DNA from: Hyaloraphidium curvatum SAG 235-1
Lineage: Eukaryota; Fungi; Monoblepharomycota
Direction: 5' to 3'
Length of the DNA stretch: 64,000 bases
NCBI GenBank assembly: GCA_025558095.1
Contig: JAIVFI010000042.1
Coordinates: forward strand, 1 to 64,000
In this document: positions 42,178 to 53,674 of the stretch, one piece after another
How positions within the stretch are numbered: the first letter of the stretch is position 1
Layout: the number at the start of each line of letters is the position of its first letter
Position numbers and translations under genes: made by a program
The notes under the pieces: model-generated
Database searches by the model: none
What the model was told of the DNA's origin: nothing
Seen by the model: only the letters and a program-made list of their open reading frames with translations

Positions 42178-43618
42178 ATGGAGGCCCTGTTCGACACCTC
42201 CGAGGTCCTGGCTCTCTTTCCTGCGCCGGCGCTGCCGCCGCCGCGCCTGTTCCCCGTGCCGGGCGGGAATGCTCCCGCCGACGCGGCGGGTCCGCTGGGC
42301 AAGGACGCGCTACTTCGCGGTCTCGGCTCGCCCCTCCTCCACACGCTCGTCGCACTGCAGCTTCGTCTATCACCTGTTTTCGTCGGCTACATCTACCCGG
42401 CCAGCATGACATCCTTCGCCATCGCGTGGGCGGTCACCGCCGCGTACATTCCGCGCTCGGGAATCGCTCTCTTCGCCCAGACTCAGTTTGCCGTCGGCGT
42501 CACCTTTTACACCTTCTACCTCGCCTGGATCGTATGGGGATCGCTGTCTGGGCTCATGGCTCGCGGCCGTTACCCTCGCGAAGAGCGACTCGGACTTGAG
42601 CCGGCATCCCCACGCGGTGCTGGCTCGTTGGGCCGAGCTTGTGAAACAGGAAAAGGGGGCCGACGGCGGCCACTTGGGTTTGCTCCGACACCTCGATGGC
42701 GACGACGCCTGCCCCTGCGGCCGAAACAGCTGCGCGGGTCGCATCGCCGGTCGCTCCGGTCTGCTGCGGCTTGTGGATGTTGTCGTCCGCATGGCTCTGG
42801 TTGCCTCTGTCGCACTTTTCGGGGGCTACACGCAGATAATCACCCTGCGCTTGTTCACGTGGTTCACGGCGGTTCCGGCAACCTTTGCGTCCCTCTTTGT
42901 GCTCGCGTCGCTTGCCATGGTCCTGTTTTCCGGCGTGTCGTTGGTGTCTGCCTCGCTGCCTGCCCTGGAACTTTCGCGGCGCCTCCACGTGCGGGCCGTT
43001 TCGGATGCGGTGTCTGCGGTGCTCGCGCGCCATTATGCCGCCCTATGGGGCCCGGAGAGGGATGCCGCGGAAGCCACTCTCCGTGGGTCAGAGCCGTACC
43101 AGGAACTCTGCGACCGCCTATCGGCGTACCGCGCAAGCCGTTTTACGGTACTGGGCGTGTCCTGGTACAGTTTCGTTGGACTCGTCGTCAGCCCGGTGCT
43201 CGCCATGATCGCCAACATTGTCGCCGGATCGTGCATCCCGGCGGTACACCCCGCAACGCTCTGCTACTTTGGTTACTTTTTCGTCCGCGAGCTCCTGGCG
43301 GTGGCCGCCGCCAACGCCCAGGTCTCGGGCACCGCCACAGTGCTCCGCCGCGCGGCACGCGAAGCCAACGCCCTCCTCGCGCGTGCCGCCGCGGAGGGGC
43401 TCTCGGACACGCGTGCGGCAAGGAGCCTGGACTACCACATGGGCCTGCTGGAAAAGTACGCCTGCGACCAGTCGGGAGCAAAAGTGCTGTCGGTCGAGGC
43501 CGACTGGGGATCTGCCAGGGCCATACTCATTGCCGTTTTCACGGTGCTTGTGGGGCTATGGTCGGTGCTGCGGTCGTCTGGGGTCTACCTGACACCGGAG
43601 CTGGCGTGCCCGTTGTGA
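42178..43618 (+). CDS. 7-TM (GRL/7TMIC-like) membrane protein; frame change near 42532-42583 (52-nt intron or frameshift)
   Basis: The N-terminal part is in ORF 41971 and the rest in ORF 42488. It shares HAVLARW, GDDxCxCxxxxCAG, ELSRRL, SEPY, IANIVxGSCIPA and the C-terminal AKxL...ExxC with 59665-61230. Confidence 0.75.
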
Positions 43619-43799
43619 GTGGAACAAGGTGGGGTATCGGACTAGCAGGGCGCATCATTCGGCTTTGCCGAGCTTTGCCTCTGTATGCCCAACAAGTGAT
43701 TGCTTTGCCGCAGTGACCCGGTTCCGTTCTTTCCCTCCGCTGCGCTTCCAGTGGGGGGCCGTTGCGTTTGAGTTGGGGCGTTTCTGCGGACGCGCTGAC

Positions 43800-43869
43800 G
43801 TTTATGTGTGACAGCGTTGGGTATTGCCAGACATGACACAGGGCGGCTATGTGAACTGCACATGGATCC
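43800..43869 (+). repeat. 70-bp direct repeat, copy B
   Basis: GTTTATGTGTGACAGCGTTGGGTATTGCCAGACATGAC...ATGGATCC. Confidence 0.85.
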
Positions 43870-43877
43870 TATTGTAG

Positions 43878-46800
43878 CTAAAAGGGTGTCGTCGAACTTG
43901 AGGGCGTCCGAGTGGTCGTGGCCTTCCAGCCCGGACCAAAGACGTCCGGCACTGGCACCGTGTACCTTCCCGAGACGGGATCGAACCCCCAGACGACCAC
44001 GGTTCCGTTGGCCAGCTGCACCATGCCGTGCTTGGGGCTCCCTCCGATCGCTAGGAAGGGCGGCACCAGGCCCGGCGGCGGCCCGCTGGCCTTGCCGGGC
44101 ATGATGAAGCCGTCCATCTTGCCCCCGCCCGTGAGCGCCAGGCCGAGCCCGTAGGCAGTGGCGACCTGGGCGACGTTGGGATCCGAACCCACAGGCTGGT
44201 TCCAGACGTACCGGTTCCACGGCCCGTTGTAGTTGCAGTTGTAGCCGTAGCTCGGCGTGTTTCGAACGCCGTAGATGAGGCAGCCCCCGACTGCAGCGGC
44301 AATGACGGACTTGTCGTACCCGACGCCCACGTTGCAGTGGTACGGCGAGCAAAGCCGTCCGTCCTGGAGGAGGTAGTACGTGGTCGCACCATCGGTAGCC
44401 AACTGCGCGAGAGGGTAGAAGTAAGCTTCGAGAGGGGGGCCCTGGTCCGGCAGGGCGTTGAAGAAGCGGCCGTCGTCGAAAGCATAGACGGTGTTGTTGC
44501 CCCCCGCCCCGATCAGCGCCACCTCCTGGGCGTCGGATCCCACCCCTCCAAACACCCTGACCGACCGGTCGTCGAGCAGCACAACGGTGTGGTTGTCGCC
44601 CGCAGCGATGGCAGTCGCCGGGCGGGGCACCGAGATGTCGGAGCGCAGGTTGCCGGAGCGGTCCCAGGCCACCACGGATCCGTCCTCGACGAGGGCGACA
44701 AAGTGGTCCAGGCCGCCCGTCATGGTGAGGATCTTGCGGACGGTCGCGGGCGTTGTCGTCGTGGTGGGCGTGATCGTCGAGGACGAGGACGCAGAGACGG
44801 TCCAAGTGACGCCTGCGTCCGAGGGCTGCTGGGGCAGATCAGAGGGGCGTGCCAAAAGACGGCGAGGCCATCGTGTCACCCACCAAAGCCGCCCTGCTCG
44901 CGGTCCTCGTCCTCGTCCTCGAATTGACGGCGGAGGGGACCGGCACGAGGTGTCCAGTTGTCCTGTTCCAGACGACCAACGAGCCGTCGTCCAGCTGCGC
45001 GATGCCGTGATCCTTGCCAGCCCCGATCGCAACCACGAAGCCGTCCGACACGGCCGCGGGCACTACGACGTTCTCGAACCCATACACGGTGCCGTTCTCG
45101 GCCAGCGCGAGGCCAAAGTGGTCCCCCGCCGCCAAGTCCACGATGCCCTCGGCCGAGAGTGAGTCGTTGAAGAACCACACGATGTCTTGGTACCAGTAGA
45201 GCAGCCGGCCCGTGTTCAGGATCCCCATTCCCGACCGCCAGCCGATGGCCATCTCACGCACGCTGTACGGCACCAGGTCGGTGAGGTAGTTGACGAAGAG
45301 GGTGCCGTTGCGCATGAGGTAGTACGAGGCTCCCCACGCGGCGCCGAGCGCGGCCACGTCGGCGCCGCGCAAACCCGGCGGGGGATGCTGACTGTCATCC
45401 CGCCAAGCGAGCGACCCGTCTTTCCGCATGATGATGGTCTGGTACACGCCGGCCCCGATCTTGGAGACGTTGGCGGCGCCGTTGAACTCACCCAGGTAGC
45501 CGAACGCACGCACGGTGCCGTCGTCCTCCAGCAGCACGGTGTGCTCGAAGCCGGCCGCGATCTCGACGACCGGACGGTATCCGCCGATGGAGCCAAGGAG
45601 GTTGCCCGAGGTGTCCCAGGCAACGACGGTGCCGTCGACACGCAGAGCGACAAAATGCGATGCCCCGCCCGTCATCGTCTTGAAGCTGCGCGCGGCGTGG
45701 GTGGTGCGTGTCCGCGATGTCGTGCTTATCCGCGACGCCGTCGTGGTCGCCGACAGGCTGGCCGTCCGCTGCTGGGTCATCGAATCAGTGCTCGAGTGCG
45801 ATACGAACAACCAGGAACGCACCGTAAAGGTCGCGGAAGAAGTGCGGGATGTCGGCGTGACCGTCGACGACGTCCTCGCGATCCGCGCGGTGACCGCCTC
45901 CGGCACCACCCCCAGGCTCCCCGTCGACACGTCCCACACCACCACCCTCCCGTCCTCCAGCTGCGCCATCCCGTTCCCGATCGCCGCCCCCACGCTCACC
46001 ACCCCTTCCTGCAGCACGGCCGGCATCACCGCGTCGCCAAACCCGTACACGGAGCCGTTGGCGGCCAGCGCGAGCGCGAACCGGAACCCGGCGGCCAACT
46101 GCACGATCCCCTCCGCCGACGCGCCGTCGTCGGCGTGGACCTCCCAGTACCCCTGCGTGGTGATGTTGTAGATGTCCTCGTACCAGTGCAGCAGCCTTCC
46201 TGAGGCGAGCACCGCCAGACCCGACCGCAGGCCGACGGACATGGAGAGGAAGCTGCGACCGGGGCCGAGGGTCGGGTTGGCCTCGTATAGGAGGGTGCCG
46301 TTGGCCAGGCGCACGTAGGCGGTGCCCCAGGTGGCATCGAGCTGGGCGAGTTCGCCGGGGGGGAGGTACGAGACCGGGGTCGGTTGGCCGGCAAAGGACC
46401 AGGCGATGGTGCCGTTGGCGTAGCCGACGAGGGTCAGGAATGCCCCCGCGCCGATGTGCGTCACCCCCGTCGCGCCGTGGAACGACCGCGCCCCGAAATT
46501 GTCCGGCCCGGGCTCGTCGAAGGCCGCGACGGTGCCGTCGTCCTGGAGCAGCACCGCGTGCAGCATCCCCGCCGCGATCTGGACCACCGGCCGGTCGGCC
46601 CTGACGTGGCCCCGCACGGCGCCCAGGTGGTCCCAGGCGACCACGGTGCCGTCGTCCCGGAGCGCGAGGTAGTGCCCGTCGCCGCCCGCCATGGTGACGA
46701 TCGAGGCGCCCGCGGGGGTGCGTCGGGTGCGGGTGGAGGTCAGCGTCCGGGATTGGGACGAGGTGGTCCGGCTCGAGGTCGACGTCGAGGGGGTGCGGCT

Positions 46801-48829
46801 CGCCGAGGCCGTCGAGCTCGTCGCCGTGCAGCTGGTCGTGGAGGGCGTCTGCAGGGGGCCTCGTGAGCACCGGGGACGGATTCGAACTTGGCCGACGCAC
46901 CAAAGTCGTGGAGCTCTCCGAGGCGGAGGTGCTGGTCCGGCTCTCCGAGGTCGTCGTGCGCGTGTCGCTTCTCGAGGCCGTCGAGCTGGTCCCGGTCAGG
47001 GAGCTGGAGGTCGGCGTGAACGAGGCCGTCGCCGTCAGGGAGCTGGAGCTCGGGGTGAAGGAGGTCGTCGCCGTCGGCGATCTGCTGGTCCGGGTCCGCG
47101 ACGAGGTGGCGGTGTCGGAGGTCGTCGAGCTCGTCCTGCTCTCTTTTGTGGTTGAGGACGTCCGGCTCGCCGAAGTCGAGGACCTGGTCCGGCTGTCCGA
47201 AGTCGTTCCGCTCTTCGAGGTGTTCGACCTGGTGCGGCTCAGCGAGGCCGTCGAGCTCGTCAAGCTCTGCGAGTCCGTCGATGACGTTCTGGTCCCCGAG
47301 GTGGTTGAGGACGTCCGGCTGGGCGACCTGGTCGAGCTCGTACGGGTCTCCGAGGCCGTCGAGCTGGTCCTGCTTTCCGAGGCGGTCGACGAAGTCGCCG
47401 TCCGGCTCGCGGTCGAGGAGGTGGCGGTGAAGCTGGTGCTCGATAGCGTGGAGGTCGAGGGCGTGAATGTAAGGCTCGACGAGGTGGCAGTCCGACTCGC
47501 GGTCGAGGAGGTGGCTGACAAGCTCGTGCTCGACAGGGTGGAGGTCGAGGGCGTGAATGTGAGGCTAGACGAGGTGGCGGTCCGGCTCGCGGTCGAGGAG
47601 GTGGCACTCAAGCTGGTGCTCGAAAGAGTCGAGGTGGAAGGTGTGAAGGTGAGGGTCGATGAGGTCGCCGTTTGGGTAATGGTCGTGGTCGTCGTCGGCG
47701 GAGGAGGCGGCGGAGGTGGAGGCGGCGGGGGAGGTGGAGGCGGCGGTGGAGGTGGCGCAGGAGGAGAGGTCGTCATGGGCGGAGGCGGCACCGGCCTAGC
47801 CGTGGTCAAACGGGCCGTCGTCGCCCTCGCCGTCGTCGGCCGCCTCACCACCGCCTTGGTGGTGACCACCCTCGCACACACGACCCCCGTTCCCGCGAAC
47901 CCGAACCTGCAAACACAGCTCCTCGCGGTCCCGTCCCCGATGCACACCGCGTTGGCCGAACACCGCGCGCACGGGTCCCCCGGGAGGGCCTGCACGCGCC
48001 GGATGAAGCTCTCGCCCCACAGCCCAGGGCTGACGACGGTCCCCCCCGGGCGGGGCTCGAAGGACCAGATGCCGACGATGGAGGCGGCGAGCCCCGTCCC
48101 GCGGAAGGCGGGGGCTCCCGACTGCCCCGCCGATCCGTCGCAGGCCACGGCGACCGCGGCGAGACCCGTCCGGAAGGGGCAGGTGGCGAAGCTCGGCGCC
48201 GTCCCGCCCAATCTGGAAGCGGGGTACCCCGCCACGGTCACCGCCCCCGCGTAGGGCGCCGGCCAGCGTCCCATCGATCCCGCGGCGACGGGCGCCGCGA
48301 GCTTGACCACGCCCCAGTCGTAGGCCGCCGCCGCCGGGTAGCCTCCCACCACGGCATTGCGGAACTCGGGCGGCACGTGCAGCTCCCTCCCCGCCACGCG
48401 GCCGTACGGCAGCCTCGCGCCCGCGCGGCCGACGGTGACCGCGACGGACTCGACCCATCCCGCCGGCCGGCCCCGCGCGGGATCCGGCGGGCGGAAGAGG
48501 CACGACGCCGCGGTGAGCACGAAGCGCGGGGCGATCAGCGCGCCGGAGCAGCTGAACGACCCGTAGCGGTCGCGGATCTCGAGGCGCGCGAGCGTGCGGA
48601 AGGGGAACGCGGCCGCGTCGGCCACGGCGCGGCGGCCGTCGGCGCCGGTCACGCCGCGCCGCACAACCTCGGGGCGGCTGAGATTGCGTCCGATGGAGGA
48701 GTTCCGGCCCGACGCCACCGCTGATCCGGCGAGGGAGAGCACGGCGAGCAGCACGAGGCCGGCCACCCCCCGGAGAGCGCCCCCGCCCCGCTGCCGGCGA
48801 ATCCCGCCCGTCCGCCCGGTTCCCTTCAT
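43878..48829 (-). CDS. Large secreted mosaic protein: trypsin-like (V8-type) domain with His->Ser, EGF-like, poly-Pro, Ser/Thr mucin repeats, three RCC1/BLIP-II propeller modules; 3 introns
   Basis: Signal peptide; CSGALIAPRFVLTAASC, YDWGVVKL, GQSGAP; CSANAVC...CVCRFGFAGTGVVC; three repeats of GGxxH(Y/F)xALxxDG(T/S)VVAWD / IAAGxxHxVxLxDD. Confidence 0.8.
47395..47775 (-). repeat. Coding tandem repeat (three ~90-bp units TATSSxLTFTPSTSTLSSTSxxATSSTASR) plus a poly-proline tract
   Basis: Visible directly in the translation of ORF 45785..48874. Confidence 0.85.
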
Positions 48830-50883
48830 CTCGGCGCTCCTTTCTCTCGATTCCGTCGGCAGCGGACCTTGCACGCTGGCATCGCGTGGCCGGTCGAGAA
48901 ATGACCGAGCCCGCCTAAACCGAACTGAGGGCTATGTGGCGGAGCATCCCGGGACAAAGCAGACGGCCAAGTGCTGGCGGTCGACGGGATGCGACTTGTA
49001 ACCTCGGCAGCGATCCTTTTTTCTTCTCTTCCTCTCGATTAGCTTGGGGCAGGATTGGGCCGGAGGCAGGAGGCGAGTTATCCTCAGGATGCGGCACGGG
49101 TACGCCAGAGTCACCTCATCTTGCGAACGGCAACGGCAGGATGTCCCGACGGAGCTGGAGCGGGAGCTACACTACGGGACCAGGATGTGGGGACCATGGT
49201 CAGGGTGGGAGTGGGACTTCTATCGTACGCCGATCCGCCCCACGGCCAGTCCGTCCGACCGAAATACAATTGAACCGCGATCTAGGAAGAGATCCGCCCG
49301 CAACAGCCATTTGGGGTCGTCCGGCGGGAAATACGTGCGGACCCAGGTCACTGAACAAATGAAGCACGTCGCTACGCGAGCGCAACGTCGGGCGCGGCCA
49401 TCGCCGCACGTCGCGCTGAAATGCCAAGCTAGCGCCTGATCCTCGATGATGGCCACACCTTGGCCGTAGGCAACATGCCTGGTTTGGCTCGTGTTGACGG
49501 GTCGGCGGGAGAACATTCCCTGGTTCGCAGACCTCCTTTCCAGGACCGCCTGAGCCGTGTCCCGCTTGTACCGGGGCCCCATTTCGCGCTGCGACGCGGC
49601 CGAGAATTGAGCGGAGGCGCCCCCGCGGCCCCGAACGGCGCGGCGCCGGTCCCGTCGCACTGTGGTTCGATCGGCGGCCGCGGCGTTCGGGCTCACCGCG
49701 CTCTGTCGACAGGCTGGCGACGGCCATCACGCTGCTCGTCGCGGCGTTCACGGTGCTCCGCGGCTCGGGCGTGTTTGTCACGCCCGAGACGGCGCGTCCG
49801 TACAGCGGTGACCGCAGACCAGGCCATGCGCAATGCACCCTCGGGGTCCGAAGCACACCAAACCCTCACCGCGCCACGATCTGGCCCGTCCGCCCGTGAT
49901 GAAGCTTCTCCTTTAGGGGCGTTTCCCCGGCCTGCCGAGCAGTACGGCGCCGCCTGCGGGGAGCGGCGGGCGGAAGCGCGGGGTCGAAGGGGCCTGCTCA
50001 GCGCTCCCCCCGTTCGCGAGGCAGAAACGGTGGCGGGGACTCCGCTCGCGGGCGGGTGGTGGCGGGGCGCACGCAGTTGCATGAGAACGCGGCTGCCGCT
50101 GGGAGCCGGCGGGAGACGCCGGACCGGGGCGGTCCTCGACAGTGCAGCGCCGTGCATGCAGCGGACGATTCTCTTGCCCTCCTGAACGAGACGCTACGTC
50201 ATAGAACCACTCGCGCGGCGCCCGCAATCGCGGGCCCCATTCCCCATCCCGCCACCCAGCCCGCCCGGCGCGACGTCCCAACCCCGCCCGCCGCAACCCC
50301 GCTCCCTTGCCACACCCCATTCGTCACCGCCGCCGGAAGCCACCCCTCCGTAGGCTCGCCCTGCAGATCCCACTCCGATCCCGGGCCCGGGACCGCGGGC
50401 TGGTTCCCGGCCCGGGCGAACCCAATTGTCTGACCGCGTCGCCGACCGCCCTGCCGCGGCGCACGCCGACCCGCCCCGCCCGGCGCTTTCCTTCCTTCCC
50501 CTACCGACAAATGCAGACCCAGGTCGGCCCGGTGGCCGGCGTGCCGAGGCCAGTGAGTGCCGTTGCGTCGCCGAGCGCCCCCTCCCTCCCCAGCCAAGCT
50601 GTGGCAATTCGAGGGTCGCCGCCGCGGTGGGTCCGTGCCGCCCGGAGCAGCACGCGGGCAGCTGGTGCACCGCGCGAGGGCGCAAGAGTCGTGGAAGATG
50701 TATCGTGTGCCGGGGCGGGTGTGCCGCTGGCGGGGCGTGCGTTCGTGGGGGCGCGGGGCGGGGCCGAATGTTTGGAGCGGATAACGGGACGTTCGACGCG
50801 GGAGTGAGGGGGCGCTTCTCGAAACCGCCCCGACAATGGTGCCGCCGTTTCATTCTCCCCATTCCCACAGCAACGGCGGCGCG

Positions 50884-51990
50884 ATGAAGCAGAAGCAGCG
50901 CGGCCGGCCCCGCGAGTACGAGACGCTGGCGCACGTGCGGCCGGGGGTGCGCGTCGCGCGGCACACGCCGACCGGCGAGATCCGCTGCGTGCGGTCGTTC
51001 CCCAAGCCGCCGCCCGGCAGCTGCGCGGCCGCCGTCGACGCGGCGCGCAGGGAGGCCGAGGGCGCCGCGCGGCTGCTGCGCGACGACGCCGCAGGCCACC
51101 CCGGCGTGCCCGCCTTCAAGGACTTCAAGGAGACCGACCGCGGGTGGCACCTCGTCACAGAACACGTAAACGGGCCGGTGGGCACCGCGGGGGGTCGCCT
51201 GCATGAGCATGCTGACGCCTTCCTCTTCCCCCTTCCCTCCTTCCCCTCCCCGGCCCCCTCCCCTGTCCAGGACCTGCCGGCCCTGCTCGCCGCGCACCGC
51301 GGCCCCCCGCCCGAGCCCTTCGCCGCGGCGCTGGTCGCCGCCATCCTCCGCTCGCTCGCCTTCCTCCTCGCAAAGGGCCACGCACTGCCCCCGCTGCACC
51401 CGCACGCAATCGCCCTCCGCTCCCCGCACGACCCCTCCTCCGCCGTGCTCGTCGGCATCGCCTGCCCCGCCTCACCCGCGCCCTGCGCCCGCCGCGCCTC
51501 CACCGGCGGCCCCGACGCCCCGGCACACGACTCGGCATTCCTCCCTCCCGCCAACCTGCCCCCGGCCCGATCAGCGGTGCTCCTCGCCGCCCGCCTGGCG
51601 TACTATCTCCTCACCTCCCAGCCCCCGCTGCCGATCGCCCACCCGCCCTTCCCCAAGGGCCCCACCCCCGAGGCCCGCGCCTTTGTCCGCTTCCTCCTTC
51701 ACCCCGACCCGCCCTCCCTCGGCGAGGCCCTCGCGCACCCGTGGCTCGCGCCCTTCGGCGCCTCCGACGAGGGCACGGCGGTCGAGTTCGACGCGCGCCG
51801 CGGGCTCCGCCCCGCATCCGCCGAGCCGGCGCCGGGGTGGGACGACTCGGCGTGCGACCTGTCGGCGGACGCGATGCGGGAGATGCCGGCCGCGCCGTCG
51901 CCGACGGTGGGCGCGTGGAGGGGGGACGAGGCGCCGGAGCTGCCGGGGTTGATGGCGTTCCTGCGGGTCAGGCTGCATTCGGCGTCGTGA
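50884..51990 (+). CDS. CAMK-like pseudokinase; intron ~51178-51270
   Basis: Kinase scaffold (VARHTPTGEIRCVR, HPGVPAFKDFKET, HLVTEHVNG, EARAFVRFLL, EALAHPWL) but no VAIK Lys, HRD or DFG. Confidence 0.65.
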   Translation: MKQKQRGRPREYETLAHVRPGVRVARHTPTGEIRCVRSFPKPPPGSCAAAVDAARREAEGAARLLRDDAAGHPGVPAFKDFKETDRGWHLVTEHVNGPVGTAGGRLHEHADAFLFPLPSFPSPAPSPVQDLPALLAAHRGPPPEPFAAALVAAILRSLAFLLAKGHALPPLHPHAIALRSPHDPSSAVLVGIACPASPAPCARRASTGGPDAPAHDSAFLPPANLPPARSAVLLAARLAYYLLTSQPPLPIAHPPFPKGPTPEARAFVRFLLHPDPPSLGEALAHPWLAPFGASDEGTAVEFDARRGLRPASAEPAPGWDDSACDLSADAMREMPAAPSPTVGAWRGDEAPELPGLMAFLRVRLHSAS

Positions 51991-52766
51991 GGGTCGGGGG
52001 GGGGGGCGGGGCGGGGGACCGCGGGCACGGTCTGCGGGCTGCAAGGGGGAGAGCGAGGCGCCCTGGTGGCGCCCGCATGATGTAGAACATGGAAGTCGTG
52101 TATCGACGCCGTTCTCTTGTTGATTGACCTGGGTGTGCATGTCACTCGTCTTACCCGCGCACCGTTGCATTTTGCAGCGCGAGACATCGCCAAGCCCGCC
52201 CGCCTTCCCTGGCCACCGTCCAATCCCCGCAACAGTACAGGGAAACTGTCCAAGCAGAGAAAAAGAGGCTACCGCAGTACAGAACCCACCGTTGATTGGC
52301 TCCGGTGCGAAAGCCGCGACCGGCGTCCCATTCCCCGACGCCCCCGATCCATCGCCAGGCCATCGCCCGGGCCGCGCATCCGAGGCACCCAATCGCAGCC
52401 AACGAGGAGAAAATGGACACATCACGGTAGGGACCCCGTCCCCGACGCGGTCCAGCGGGTAGCGCACGACCGAGGGCGACGGGGAGGTTGCGGACGGGTG
52501 GGGATGGCGGGAGGAGCACGGGAGGGAGTAGTCCGCGTTCAGGAGGGGATCCATTGCAGCGGGAAGACGGGCGGTGGTGGTGACGGTGCGCGGTCGGCGG
52601 GAACCGCAGGGGATGCTGCCCGCTCGGGTCCCGTGAGCGCTTTCGAGGGCCAGCAGGTGCAGACAAGCGACCGTTGCGGGTCCGTGGGCCGAGGGAAGGA
52701 AGGTGCGGAGGGCAGCTACGGCGTCGCGGACGTCCCGCCCGTAATCTGCTGTCGCCGGTAGCCCTT

Positions 52767-52777
52767 ACAATATAGGT
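52767..52777 (+). promoter_or_regulatory. TATA-like element about 30 nt upstream of the U6 start
   Basis: ACAATATAGGT at about -34 to -24 from the U6 5' G, in otherwise GC-rich DNA; mirrored at ~54609-54619. Confidence 0.5.
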
Positions 52778-52800
52778 GGCAACCTTTGCTACATTTCCTT

Positions 52801-52922
52801 GACATCTCCTTCGGGAGCTCTGTCTATACAAAATTGGAAACGATACAGAGAAGATTAGCATGGCTCCCTGTGCAAGGATGACACGCAGCGACGAGTGGAT
52901 AGCCCCTCGGGGCAACGATTAT
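52801..52922 (+). ncRNA. U6: U6 spliceosomal snRNA, atypical copy 1
   Basis: 5' stem-loop GACATCTCC-TTCG-GGAGCTCTGTC; core AAAATTGGAAACGATACAGAGAAGATTAGCATGGCTCCCTGTGCAAGGATGACACGCA with the ACAGAGA box and AGC triad. The 3' end is estimated. Confidence 0.9.
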
Positions 52923-53674
52923 GCTGCGCGTGGATACGAATAGACCGCCTCGCTCGAAATGCGATCCTCCGGAACGTCCCTCGCCTCTCGCGTCCCGATG
53001 ACGGAGAAACGTCAACGCCCACCTCGTAAGCGCCGCCTCTGACTGCGGCACGCCACTCGATGGTAGATGCCTCTCGCTACTCGAACCCGTGGCTGCGCGT
53101 CGCTGCTATGGTTGCTGCGCAGATGTGCCGACGCGGTGCCGCCGCACGCAGTAAACCCAGCCGTCCGCCGCTGCACTCGCCGGTTCCGGCACAGAACGTC
53201 CGAAACAGAACGTCCGGCCCTGCCGTCGGCTGCAATCGCCCAGGCGCATGCCCTCGATCGCGTCGCGCTCCTGGACCCATGGCCGCCTCCGACGCCTCTC
53301 CACCCAAAATCCTCCTGGCCCCGCACTGTGCCTCGCCCACCGGCGCAGGCAGTCTACAATTGCTTGCGCCGCGAGCGCGTCCACGGCGGAGCCCACGAGA
53401 GCCAACAGGCGGGAAATCTCCTCCGGAACCGTGGACGCGCCATCTCGTTGTCCTGACGGGAGCAAGACAGCCATTGCGAAGTTGAGGGTGTTTCCAGTCA
53501 CGTTACTCGAGAGCGCCTCGTTGCCAACAACGATCAATGAGGTCAGCGCTGGCGTACCCAGTCTGATTTGCAACGGCGCGCTTTCGACAACAGAGAATCT
53601 ACTCAGAAGCATCCTGGCAAACGAGCTTGTGCGACGCCCAGTCCGCAACTACATCATCCAACGCCCTCCGTCAC

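Larger units (their letters stand above)
52439..53294. repeat. Left arm of an 856-bp near-perfect inverted repeat
   Basis: Reverse complement of 54092-54947 (paired positions sum to 107386). I noticed one mismatch (52465/54921). Spacer is 797 bp. Confidence 0.95.

Noticed and set aside
46877-46888. Perfect B-box-like GTTCGAATCC on the minus strand
   Set aside because: It lies in a ~50-nt intron of the RCC1 mosaic gene with no A-box or cloverleaf, so it is not a tRNA.
48900-50800. 1.9-kb region between divergent genes with several ORFs
   Set aside because: No motifs, codon pattern or repeat structure that I can support; treated as intergenic.
51571-52554. 327-aa minus-strand ORF starting like the cupin gene
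   Set aside because: Only the first 38 codons come from the inverted repeat. The rest is read-through into unrelated and antisense sequence.
52990-53020. Hammerhead-like CCGATGA...GAAAC downstream of U6
   Set aside because: The core deviates from CUGANGA and there is no stem II. It is better explained as a simple TGACG/CGTCA hairpin.
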